Positions 39,520-49,857 of a stretch of DNA of 64,000 bases are shown here, piece after piece. Positions within the stretch are counted from its first letter, which is position 1. Every line of letters starts with the position of its first letter. The stretch is from Schmidtea nova (lineage: Eukaryota), in contig CM097883.1 in assembly GCA_044892505.1 (NCBI GenBank), positions 119,412,001 through 119,476,000 of the forward strand, read 5' to 3'. The notes under the pieces were generated by a model. That model did not search any database, was not told the DNA's origin, and worked only from the letters and a program-made list of their open reading frames with translations. The position numbers were made by a program, and so were the translations under genes.

Positions 39520-40860
39520 TGACCAAGCCAATACTCCTCATATAGCCAGGTATGAGAGGAAGCGTTATTGGATGTTTGCGGTCACTTCGATGAAAATATG
39601 GATCAGAACACAGAAAGGACTCCATCAAACTGATGATTCACCAAAGCGACTAATGACGGTACAACAACTAGATGTACTATCATCAGACGTATGGAAATAG
39701 TTTTAATGAGAAAAATATAAATATCCATATAAATAAATAAACGAATAACAATATAATGATGTTAGTTTGTGAGAAAATGTAGCCAAAGTAAAAATAAAAA
39801 TTTAAATAAAAGATTATAATTTTCCAAAAAGTAATAAATACATATTTAACCATATAATAACACATTACCGATATTCAAATAAAATTGAAAATTAATCAAA
39901 ATACCTACGACAGGGTAACGAAGGCATGATTCGCTAGCCTGCATAACAGAAAATTTCAAGATCCTTACATAATCTCTCGTATAGATTCTCCGCTTGGTTC
40001 GGGTGCGGTTTGAAGTAAATTGGATTGTGTTCATCTGAAATCACGAATGCATGTCTTGGATTTTTTGCAAAACTTCCAGATTCTGTAAGTCGGAAACTGA
40101 TTGATTGTTTCTGGAAATCTTTCGAGGGTTTTGTTCTTGCAGAAATTTCTTAAAATTTTCTAGAAAATTCTCTCTTTTCTTGAACAAAGATTTTTGTAGG
40201 GATCTGTCCTTGATTGTAGCTCCCGTTGGGTAGTTGCAAATTTTCTCTTAAAATTGCATTACTAAAAACGCTTTCAAATTTTTATCAGAAAAATTCCGAC
40301 AAAACCTGATGACTTCCATTTTGATGGCGGTATATACAGTTGTTTCAAACTGTCATTTTCGTTGATGTATTAAAACTAATTGTTCTAGAAGGAATTTTCG
40401 ATTATTTCAAAATTAATTTTAATAATTTTAAGCAAAATTAAATTATTTATTTTTGCATAGAATATTAATAAAACTTTAAATAATTTATTTTTAAATCAAA
40501 GTTTTTTTCTACTTTAGTTTAATTTACCAAAACTTTACCCTAAAACAATTTTCTTTAATATTTCTTTGAAACTTTTAGCTAAAATCGAAAATTTTCTCCA
40601 AAACATATGTTATTTTTTCCTAGTTTCTTATTTTATTACATAATTGGTGTTTTCACGTGGATATTAAATGCGCCTGTGTTCATGTCTTTTTTTAAACGTG
40701 TTTTAATTAATTATTTATGTGATTTTGTTATTACTGTGTTTTATTTGGTGTTTTTCTCTATCATATTTTAAGTTTACTTTGTGCGCGCTCTCTACATGCT
40801 GTATTACCGCGTTATTTAAACAAAATTCAGTTTTCGCCCAACATTTAGATATTTTGGGAA
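39520..40860 (+). repeat. Diverged dispersed repeat, copy 1
   Basis: Colinear with 51560-52900; identical 21-mer CCATTTTGATGGCGGTATATA at 40316 and 52271, plus shared ends. Confidence 0.65.
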
Positions 40861-40965
40861 ATAAATAGGCGTAGATGTTAAATATCATAAATAGACGGTA
40901 TAGGCATTTAGACGTCGATAAGTTCAAGAGGACCTTTGAAAAATAGAGTATTTTTGCGAGTAAGA

Positions 40966-41125
40966 TCTTCTATCGACAGTGGGAACCCGAAAGAGAATAC
41001 AATGAGGAGTAGTTTTAGGAACGAAGCTCACGTGCTCATCGAATTCTCGCACCACTATGTGCATTTCCAACATTAATTTTTAGGGAGTAACTATGTGTAC
41101 ACGAGTGAGGGAGATTTTAACATTT
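40966..41125 (+). repeat. Conserved ~160-nt block, copy 2
   Basis: TCTTCTATCGACAGTGG identical to 4652; downstream islands at the same spacing. Confidence 0.8.
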
Positions 41126-41596
41126 TCATAATGGTGTGTGGGTTATAGAAACCAAAGTGGTGGGTTGTTGATCGTCAATATGACCTTGACGTTACTATGG
41201 CTCGTATCAACAACTCAACATACAAAACATTGAAATAACCATCTTGTTGCCCGTCACTATGTAACGTTGGTAATGCAACAAATGGGTGGGTATTCGCAAG
41301 TGAGCGTCGTCAATACGAAACTATGATTGACCGAATATCTCCTGGGTCCAAGAGCTACCGAGAGAAGGTTTAATGCCCATTTTGTCCCTTTAAATCAAAC
41401 GCTCTATCGCTGTGGATTTCCAATACAAGGTCTCCATTTGAATATTGTCGCCAAACCGTTGTTTATTCATTAATTATTTAACTTATTAACTCTCTTTTAT
41501 TTTATCTATGTCCTTGTTCAAACAAACAAATAGTAAAAACAATATAAGAGAAAACTTATAATCATATTACAAAACAACATTTAATACAATATCAAA

Positions 41597-42172
41597 TCAT
41601 ATGCGTGGACTTGTTAAATCAATGTCAAAATTAATGATTTTCGAGGCCTCCACTCTTAACTGGCCTAGCACTCGCGCTTCTTGGCGACCCTTGTTCCTGG
41701 CTCTGGCCCCTTTACTGGGCCTCCATCGTTTTGGCTTGGTTGGAACTGCTGCCGCGGATGCGATTTCTTCCTCCACTCTTACAGGGAACAATTCCTGGGG
41801 CGGAGGCTGAGACTTTGGTAGTATGGCAGAGATGATGCCACTATCTACCCTCAATTTCTCTATCACTAGCTCCTGCTCTCGCATTGAGACTCGACATGCG
41901 CGCAATCTCATTGTGTCTTCGGCAGCTTGTTGGATGAGCATTTGATTCTGTTTTCTTAGCCGGTCCACTGTTTCTTTGTCGGACCAGGTCGCTTCCATCT
42001 CTCGACTGCGGGCCCGAAATTTCTCCATTCGACTGGTCATCAGCTGAAGCGCGTCTGTGTTGGACGACCCCTTAGCCTCCAGATCGGCAAAACGTGCGTC
42101 GACCTTCTTGTTGTGCTTCGCGTTTTCGATGAATAGTTTGTGAATTTCCTCTAACTGTTGCACTGGATTCAT
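41597..42172 (-). CDS. Unknown protein, 191 aa: coiled coil then a basic/Pro-rich tail
   Basis: Intact intronless GC-rich ORF; no recognised domain. Confidence 0.5.
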   Translation of the reverse strand: MNPVQQLEEIHKLFIENAKHNKKVDARFADLEAKGSSNTDALQLMTSRMEKFRARSREMEATWSDKETVDRLRKQNQMLIQQAAEDTMRLRACRVSMREQELVIEKLRVDSGIISAILPKSQPPPQELFPVRVEEEIASAAAVPTKPKRWRPSKGARARNKGRQEARVLGQLRVEASKIINFDIDLTSPRI

Positions 42173-43278
42173 TGCTAAAAATGTTCAAACGTTTTTAAGT
42201 CATATCAAGAACGGTCAATGTAGAACAATTTCAAAAATTATCATTATACACCAAAATCAATTATTTCATTCGTTATTACAACAAGTTAAGGGGGTTCCTA
42301 CATATTCGATCGCGAGTCTTTCCGTGAATATGCCTATCAAATCTCAATTCGGGAATAATCTTTTATCAACACACTTTTGATTTTTGTCTAAATAATTATT
42401 GATTGCAACATTTCGATTTCTGTATTTTTTCCTTTTATTAAAAACTCAATTTAAAATTTTTTAATCCCCTATACCTAGTGTCTATCTTGCTTTAAATATA
42501 AAAGAAAATTAATTAAAAATCTAAGTATTTTAATTTTTGAAAATTTGCCGAGGCCTTAGCAACAGTAAAAGTTACAACTATTGCTAAAAAGGAAAACTCG
42601 GATTTCTAAACTTTAAGATTTTCATATAGATAAAAGCGAGTAGATAGTATATTTAATTTTAGACTACAAAATTAGTTTTTTCCTCTCCCTTACCCCTTAA
42701 AACGGTAAATTTTCAATTTTTAAAGAATCTATATAGCAGATTTTCAAAAGTCAATTTGTTCTTATTGACTCGTTTATATTATGGGAATTTCAAATCCCAT
42801 AATATATTTATCGATTTTACTGCACCTAATTTTAGCAAGAAGATTTCCCTCTTTCTCGGTTGAAATTATTGGTAATTTATAATTTTCTTTTTTTCACATG
42901 TTAACGCGGTTTAGGTAGCTTCCGTGGATCGAATGCAACTCCAAGCACAAAAAGAACAACTGGAAATCAGCCAACGTTGGAAATTATGCAATGACTATTT
43001 TATTTCAAATTGTGAGTTGGATTATTAATAATTGTAACTCTTTCAATTTTCAAAAGTATATTTCGTGTATTTTAACTAAATATATGGATCCTTTGATTTA
43101 ATTTAATTTCAATAAATATTTAATTTATGTTTGCATTTTATTTTTTATTTTTAAGCAGTTTGTTTGTGATTGCTATTATTGATTGTTGTTGAATTGAGGC
43201 TATACGTGAAACCGAGAAGTTTCGAAAGATTTCTTGTCAGATTTGATAAAATGCGTTTTGTTCATTTTTTGAAATTAT

Positions 43279-43458
43279 NNNNNNNNNNNNNNNNNNNNNN
43301 NNNNNNNNNNNNNNNNNNNNNNNNNNNNNNNNNNNNNNNNNNNNNNNNNNNNNNNNNNNNNNNNNNNNNNNNNNNNNNNNNNNNNNNNNNNNNNNNNNNN
43401 NNNNNNNNNNNNNNNNNNNNNNNNNNNNNNNNNNNNNNNNNNNNNNNNNNNNNNNNNN
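43279..43458. other. Assembly gap, hiding the start of the copy D 5' LTR and its TSD
   Basis: Run of N. Confidence 1.
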
Positions 43459-44279
43459 ATTTCATGTTTATTTTACGTTATTATTCGTTCAAGAGTTTGT
43501 AAGCGCCGTCATTACTATGGATGGTGCCTTCGCGGTCACCTGGCCCCCCCAGTTTTATTGTGGTTGATGATATTTATTTTTATCATTGTTATCATCTTAA
43601 TTATTTTTATTTAAAATTTGAATTTGGCTTACTATAGCAATTTGCTATAGTAAGCCAAATCACAAATAAAAGAATCAATAAATTTTATATAATTTCTCGT
43701 AATGGCTTTTACTAATTATTTATGATTACAATCAAACTAGATAGAAGAATAAACACTAATACTGAAAATTAAAAATCCCAATTACTATCAAAAAGAAAAT
43801 AGAAAAAGAGAATTCTACTATTTTACGATTTTTCAATTTTACAAGCTAAATTGTAAAGAAGCAAAGATTGCTGAAAGAAAATCCAAGCCAATTTTATTTA
43901 TACTGAAGATTTATCAAAGTTTATATAGTTTTCTAACTTACAATCTCCCTCGTCGACGGCTGCTAAATTGTAAAGAAGCTAAAAAAGAAAAACTTTTCAA
44001 GTAACCTTTCGTGGTTTTGCTATTTATCTGTTTATTAATAAATTTTGAGTAATTTAATAATTGTTCTGATTAATTTATTTGATTGCAACTTATATACTTT
44101 TTATATTTAATTGTTATTGTATTATCCTTGTAATCGCACTACATAGCACACACCCCGAGTGTCGGCACATAGTTAACGTCTGACTCTCTCGGGATCTACA
44201 ACTTTCTTACAACTCTTCTACACATTCACTCGTACAACAAATTAAAACTCAAATTGTAACAGCTCAAACAACTATAATA
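43459..44279 (+). repeat. 5' LTR of copy D (visible part)
   Basis: Matches 48920-49857 apart from a few substitutions and one 117-bp unit. Confidence 0.95.
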
Positions 44280-44281
44280 AC

Positions 44282-44293
44282 TGGTGTCAGAAG
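44282..44293 (+). promoter_or_regulatory. PBS TGGTGTCAGAAG (tRNA-Leu type)
   Basis: 2 nt after the LTR end. Confidence 0.88.
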
Positions 44294-44484
44294 GAAAAAA
44301 ACAGAACACTTAACTCAATTTTTTTTTTCAATCACTACGCCTTTTTAGAATAGCTATAGATAGAGCTATAAAGGATAGTTGACTCTGTTAGCCGAACACA
44401 GTAGGCTATATCCTTCAGTTAATCTCATTTTTTTTGCACATTTAAAAAAATAAAGAAACAAATCAACACTACACATAAAGACAA

Positions 44485-45543
44485 ATGGCATCGAACCAAC
44501 AAAATCTAACAAACAATCCCCAAACACACAACAACGAAACCATACCCAATCAACAAGAGAATACCAGCTATTTTTACACCCCTGAAAACCACCACACCAT
44601 AAATTCGATTATAAACCCCAAGGCAAACATTCCAAACTACTTTACAGATGAGAACGGCACACCCCAAAAATGGCTAGAGTTCTCAAAACTAACATTGACA
44701 CTGTCAGGAATCAAATCGACGAAAAGCTTATGCTCCCACATAATAGCCGCTCTTCCTAGCAATATTCTAAATGAAATTGCAGATCGAATCGACGAAATAG
44801 CGAATAGCGACGACCCATTTAACCTACTATACACAACCTTAGTAAATAGAAATAAGGTGAACAGGAGGGAGGTTTTGGAGTCTTGTCTAAAAGATATACA
44901 GCTTGGAAATGACAAACCAAGCGAATTTCTGCGAAATTTGAAAAGCAAACTGGAATTTTTGCAACCCAAAATCACAAGTGCGGGTCAAAATGATTTCGTG
45001 AAAGACCTATTCATGAGGGCAATGCCGCAAGAAATAAGACGCATCTTAGTGGCAAACGACTGCACAGACCTCGACAAAATAGCCGATATCGCGGACAAAA
45101 TTAATGACGAAATATTCCCAACAGTGTGTAGAACATACCGAAAACAACACCCGTGGGAAAACAAACAAGAAAACCGTCAAGAACGAGATAACCCAAACAA
45201 TGATACCAATCTACTGCTGAACTCGTTAATAAAAAAAGTTGACGAGGTCCTAACAGAAAACAAGAACCTCAGAAATGACTTACAATAGGCACAAGCGAGA
45301 GAAACCAAAAGAAACCAAATCAATCAAAACAACCGGTCAGAACAAAACCCTTACTTTAACCGTTACCAAAATAACCATAACAACCCAACAGAGCAAAAAC
45401 CAAATTTTAACCGATATAATAACCCAAACAACAGCTACATACAAAATGAAAATTGGTGTTATTTTCACAATAGATTTGGAGACAAGGCGTACAAGTGCAA
45501 CGCACCCTGCACTTTCAACAATAAAAAGCCGGAAAACATATAA
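44485..45543 (+). pseudogene. gag: gag, 352 codons with one in-frame TAG at 45286; single zinc knuckle WCYFHNRFGDKAYKCNAPC
   Basis: Frame continues past the TAG to TAA 45541; copy A has GAG at the same codon. Confidence 0.9.
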
Positions 45544-48500
45544 AGTCACCAAGGATCGCACCGACCATTGGTGACAGCCAAACATTCACGGTGCACAGCA
45601 ACGGTATTAACTTTCTCGTTGATACCGGTTCAATAATTTCCTTATTGCCGAACTACCTCTACAAAAACACAAAAACAGAAACCACAAGTTTATGTGCAGC
45701 AAACGGCAGCCCTATCAAAACATTAGGAAAACAAAACATCGACATTTCCGTCAATAATATAAAATACAAGTGGCATTTCACCATCGCAGAAGTGAAACAA
45801 GCCATATTAGGAGCAGATTTCCTCGCAAGATACAACTTACTAGTCGATTGTAAAAATGGGAAAATTATATCAAACAATTCAAATAACTCAACCACCAAAA
45901 GTAACCAATCAACAAAACAAACTAACTGCGACATTGGAGTGATAACAGCTCTACACGGCGAAATAAAAACGAATGAGCAGAAACTAAAATCAGAAAAAAA
46001 GGACGAACATATTCCTAATGAAATCATGAAACTGATACAAACAATGCCAAACATAACAAATAAACTACAAACAATTAGCGAAACTAAATGCATAACTGAA
46101 CACGCAATAATAAGCAATGGAAATCCTGTGCATGCAAAAGTCAGACAGTTGGACAAAAATAAACTCGAAATAACAAAGAAAATATTTGACGAATTATTAG
46201 AAAACCAAATCGTCAAACATTCTAATTCAAACTGGTCCTCAGCCCTCATGCTTAAAGAAAAAGCAAATGGTGAATGGCGTGCCTGTGGAGACTACAGAGC
46301 ACTGAACAGCATCACGACACCTGACAAATATCCAATTCCTATCATAAATGATATAATTAACCGATTCAACAAACCCAAACTCTTCAGCAAAATCGATTTG
46401 GAAAAAGCCTACCATCAAATACCCGTCAGAGCGGAAGACATAAAGAAAACAGCGATCATCACACCCTTAGGCCTCTATGAATACAACAGAATGCCTTTTG
46501 GTTTAAAAAACGCTGCGGCAACGTTTCAACGTTTTATGGACCAAATCCTGCGAAACCAACGAAATACAGTCGCTTACCTAGACGACATACTTATTGCGTC
46601 CACAACCAAATCGGAACACATCGAAAACATAAGAAATGTGTTGGAAATACTCAACAAACACGAACTAAAAATTAATACAAAAAAATGCCAATTTTTAAAA
46701 ACTGAAATACAATTCTTGGGTCACTTGTTGAATGAATCGGGAACAAGACCACTAGAAGACAAGATAAAAGCAATAAAAAACTATCCATTACCCAAAACAA
46801 CAAAAGAACTAAGACGATTCCTGGGGATGATCAACTTTTATCACAAATACATACCAAAATGTAGCGAAATGTTAGCCCCTCTCAACGAATTAAACAAAAT
46901 AAAGAGAAATATTAAAATAAATTGGAACGAAAATCTAATAATAGCATTTGAACAAGCAAAGGAAAATCTGAAAAACGCAAGCATCCTAAGCTACCCTAAT
47001 CAGGAATTACCATACATAGTCAACACAGATTGTTCAGGACTAGCAATGGGAGGTACCATATTCCAAGAGGAAAACAATGAAAAACGACCCATAGCATTCT
47101 TTTCAAAAAAATTGAAAACGCATCAAATGAGATACTCTACCTTCGACAGGGAGTTATTAGCGTTACACGACACGATCAAGCACTTTCAATACCTATTGGA
47201 AGGTAAAGAATTCGAGGTTTATACCGATCATAAACCCCTAATAAATGCAATGAATATGAGAAATCCTTCACCGAGACAAATACGACAATTGAATTATATT
47301 TCACAATTCAATTGTAAAATTAATTACATAGCAGGATCAGCTAATATAAGTGCAGACGCATTATCAAGAATCGAGACTGATATCAACGCACTAAACATAC
47401 CACCAATCATAGAGTTAGAAAATCTAAAAACTATACAAAAACAAAACATAACAGAGTCTCCGAGGATGAACTCGCTCAAATTGGAAGAAATAGACGGAAT
47501 CTGGTACGACACTTCAAACGACAATAATAAAAGAATCATTGTACCGCCTAAATTACGCGAACAGTACCTACAGAAATATCACAACCTTTACCACCCAGGA
47601 AACAAAGCCACATATGAACTTTTGCATACCAAAGTAATCTGGCCTTATATGAGAAGGGACGTAAAAACCTTCGTTAGAAACTGCCCACAGTGCCAAAAGA
47701 ACAAAATAACGAAAAAACAATTTAAAACAACGGTGGTACAATTTCCAAGTTCGGAACCTTTCGAAACAATACACCTCGACATAGTCGGACCTCTACCACC
47801 CAATAACAAACACAAGTATTTGTTAACAATAATAGATCGCAAAACAAACTGGTTTGAAGCCATACCCATAAAGGAAATATCCGCAGCAAAGATTTGCAAC
47901 AAATTAGAACTTAATTGGTTCGCACGGTATGGTTGCCCAAAAACAATAATCAGCGATCAAGGTAGACAATTTGAATCCGACATTTTTAAAGGACTGTGTA
48001 ATAAATATAACATTAAGAAAAACAGAACAACAGCGTATAACCCCCAATCAAACGGAAAAGTGGAAAGATTACACCGATCTATAAAACAAGCAATCAGAAC
48101 AAAAACGAACAATAACGATAACTGGTTGGGAAAATTACCAGAAATTTTGATAGGATTGCGCAACAACCCTTCAAGTTCAAACAACAAAAGTCCTAGCCAA
48201 TTGGTATTTGGACACAACACAAACCTGCCAAACTTAAAAGACGAAACAGAAAACAAGGTTGAGGCAAACTACGAATTCAACGAACCACAAATCACCAAAC
48301 TAAAAAACACCCTGAAAAACAAAAACAGTCAACAAACACAAAACCAAACCAGACTAATAATAGACAAAGTCTTAATAAAGAAACCTTTCACAAGTGGTTT
48401 CGAAACAAAATACGAAGGTCCATACAAATTACTAAATTTGTACAAAAACGTCGGCACAATCGTAAAAGACAACAAGTCAATTAAAATAAACATACGCCGA

Positions 48501-48686
48501 TTAAAACCATTTTATGAAAACAAACTAACACCATCCAACATTGACCACAACCAAAACCCTCCAGACAAAACCCCAACAAAACAAAAACACATCTCATTCA
48601 ACTCCAAAAACTCAATAAGACTATTCGACAAGGGCACAGTGAGCACACCCCTATACAAAAAACGATATAGCGAATGCCTCAAATAA
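45525..48686 (+). CDS. pol: pol polyprotein (PR-RT-RNaseH-IN), intact, in the -1 frame relative to gag
   Basis: FLVDTG; YLDDIL; TDCSG; HHCC and DDE integrase; YEGPY. Open from 45525, overlapping the gag end. Confidence 0.97.
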   Translation, partial: KAGKHIKSPRIAPTIGDSQTFTVHSNGINFLVDTGSIISLLPNYLYKNTKTETTSLCAANGSPIKTLGKQNIDISVNNIKYKWHFTIAEVKQAILGADFLARYNLLVDCKNGKIISNNSNNSTTKSNQSTKQTNCDIGVITALHGEIKTNEQKLKSEKKDEHIPNEIMKLIQTMPNITNKLQTISETKCITEHAIISNGNPVHAKVRQLDKNKLEITKKIFDELLENQIVKHSNSNWSSALMLKEKANGEWRACGDYRALNSITTPDKYPIPIINDIINRFNKPKLFSKIDLEKAYHQIPVRAEDIKKTAIITPLGLYEYNRMPFGLKNAAATFQRFMDQILRNQRNTVAYLDDILIASTTKSEHIENIRNVLEILNKHELKINTKKCQFLKTEIQFLGHLLNESGTRPLEDKIKAIKNYPLPKTTKELRRFLGMINFYHKYIPKCSEMLAPLNELNKIKRNIKINWNENLIIAFEQAKENLKNASILSYPNQELPYIVNTDCSGLAMGGTIFQEENNEKRPIAFFSKKLKTHQMRYSTFDRELLALHDTIKHFQYLLEGKEFEVYTDHKPLINAMNMRNPSPRQIRQLNYISQFNCKINYIAGSANISADALSRIETDINALNIPPIIELENLKTIQKQNITESPRMNSLKLEEIDGIWYDTSNDNNKRIIVPPKLREQYLQKYHNLYHPGNKATYELLHTKVIWPYMRRDVKTFVRNCPQCQKNKITKKQFKTTVVQFPSSEPFETIHLDIVGPLPPNNKHKYLLTIIDRKTNWFEAIPIKEISAAKICNKLELNWFARYGCPKTIISDQGRQFESDIFKGLCNKYNIKKNRTTAYNPQSNGKVERLHRSIKQAIRTKTNNNDNWLGKLPEILIGLRNNPSSSNNKSPSQLVFGHNTNLPNLKDETENKVEANYEFNEPQITKLKNTLKNKNSQQTQNQTRLIIDKVLIKKPFTSGFETKYEGPYKLLNLYKNVGTIVKDNKSIKINIRRLKPFYENKLTPSNIDHNQNPPDKTPTKQKHISFNSKNSIRLFDKGTVSTPLYKKRYSECLK

Positions 48687-48905
48687 AATACATAAACATA
48701 CACAAGCAAACACAGGCACAACATAGCTAAATGTACAGTTTTTAGTCTTTTGTAAATATGTAAATGTTATGGTTAAGACGTTATAAACAACAAAACAAAT
48801 ACAAAAACAAAACAAAATAAAACAAAACAACAAAAACAAGTTGTCAACATGGTTAATCTGTTAATTTTTATGTTCTTGTTAACCTCCGGTTTTAAAGGGG
48901 GAAGT

Positions 48906-49857
48906 TATGTGGATGTCTTATTTCATGTTTATTTCACGTTATTATTCGTTCAAGAGTTTGTAAGCGCCGTCATTACTATGGATGGTGCCTTCGCGGTCAC
49001 CTGGGCCCCCCAGTTTTATTGTGGTTGATGATATTTATTTTTATCATTGTTATCATCTTAATTATTTTTATTTAAAATTTGAATTTGGCTTACTATAGCA
49101 ATTTGCTATAGTAAGCCAAATCACAAATAAAAGAATCAATAAATTTTATATAATTTCTCGTAATGGCTTTTACTAATTATTTATGATTACAATCAAACTA
49201 GATAGAAGAATAAACACTAATACTGAAAATTAAAAATCCCAATTACTATCAAAAAGAAAATAGAAAAAGAGAATTCTACTATTTTACGATTTTTCAATTT
49301 TACAAGCTAAATTGTAAAGAAGCAAAGATTGCTGAAAGAAAATCCAAGCCAATTTTATTTATACAGAAGATTTATCAAAGTTTATACAGTTTTACAACTT
49401 ACAACCTCCCTGGTCAACGGCTGCTAAATTGTAAAGAAGCAAAGATTGCTGAAAGAAAATTCAAGCCAATTTTATTTATACTGAAGATTTATCAAAGTTT
49501 ATATAGTTTTCTAACTTACAATCTCCCTCGTCGACGGCTGCTAAATTGTAAAGAAGCTAAAAAAGAAAAACTTTTCAAGTAACCTTTCGTGGTTTTGCTA
49601 TTTATCTGTTTATTAATAAATTTTGAGTAATTTAATAATTGTTCTGATTAATTTATTTGATTGCAACTTATATACTTTTTATATTTAATTGCTATTGTAT
49701 TATCCTTGTAATCGCACTACATAGCACACACCCCGAGTGTCGGCACATAGTTAACGTCTGACTCTCTCGGGATCTACAACTTTCTTACAACTCTTCTACA
49801 CATTCACTCGTACAACAAATTAAAACTCAAATTGTAACAGCTCAAACAACTATAATA
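48906..49857 (+). repeat. 3' LTR of copy D, 952 bp, TAT...ATA termini
   Basis: Follows the PPT plus GT; identity with the 5' LTR ends at TATAATA. Confidence 0.93.

Larger units (their letters stand above)
43459..49857 (+). mobile_element. Ty3/gypsy family 1, copy D: near-intact and recent
   Basis: Near-identical LTRs, PBS, gag, intact pol and PPT AAAGGGGGAA (48894-48903). Confidence 0.97.

Noticed and set aside
39630-40312. CTGATGA hammerhead-core-like motifs at 39630 and 40306
   Set aside because: No stem II/GAAA arrangement found by eye.
42915-43011. AG/GT-bounded open exon-like segment (VASVDRMQLQAQKEQLEISQRWKLCNDYFISN)
   Set aside because: No recognisable homology or convincing partner exons; cannot be supported as a gene without transcripts.
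45659-48839. Antisense ORFs over pol, and likewise over other gag/pol regions
   Set aside because: Shadow frames of strand-biased retroelement coding sequence.
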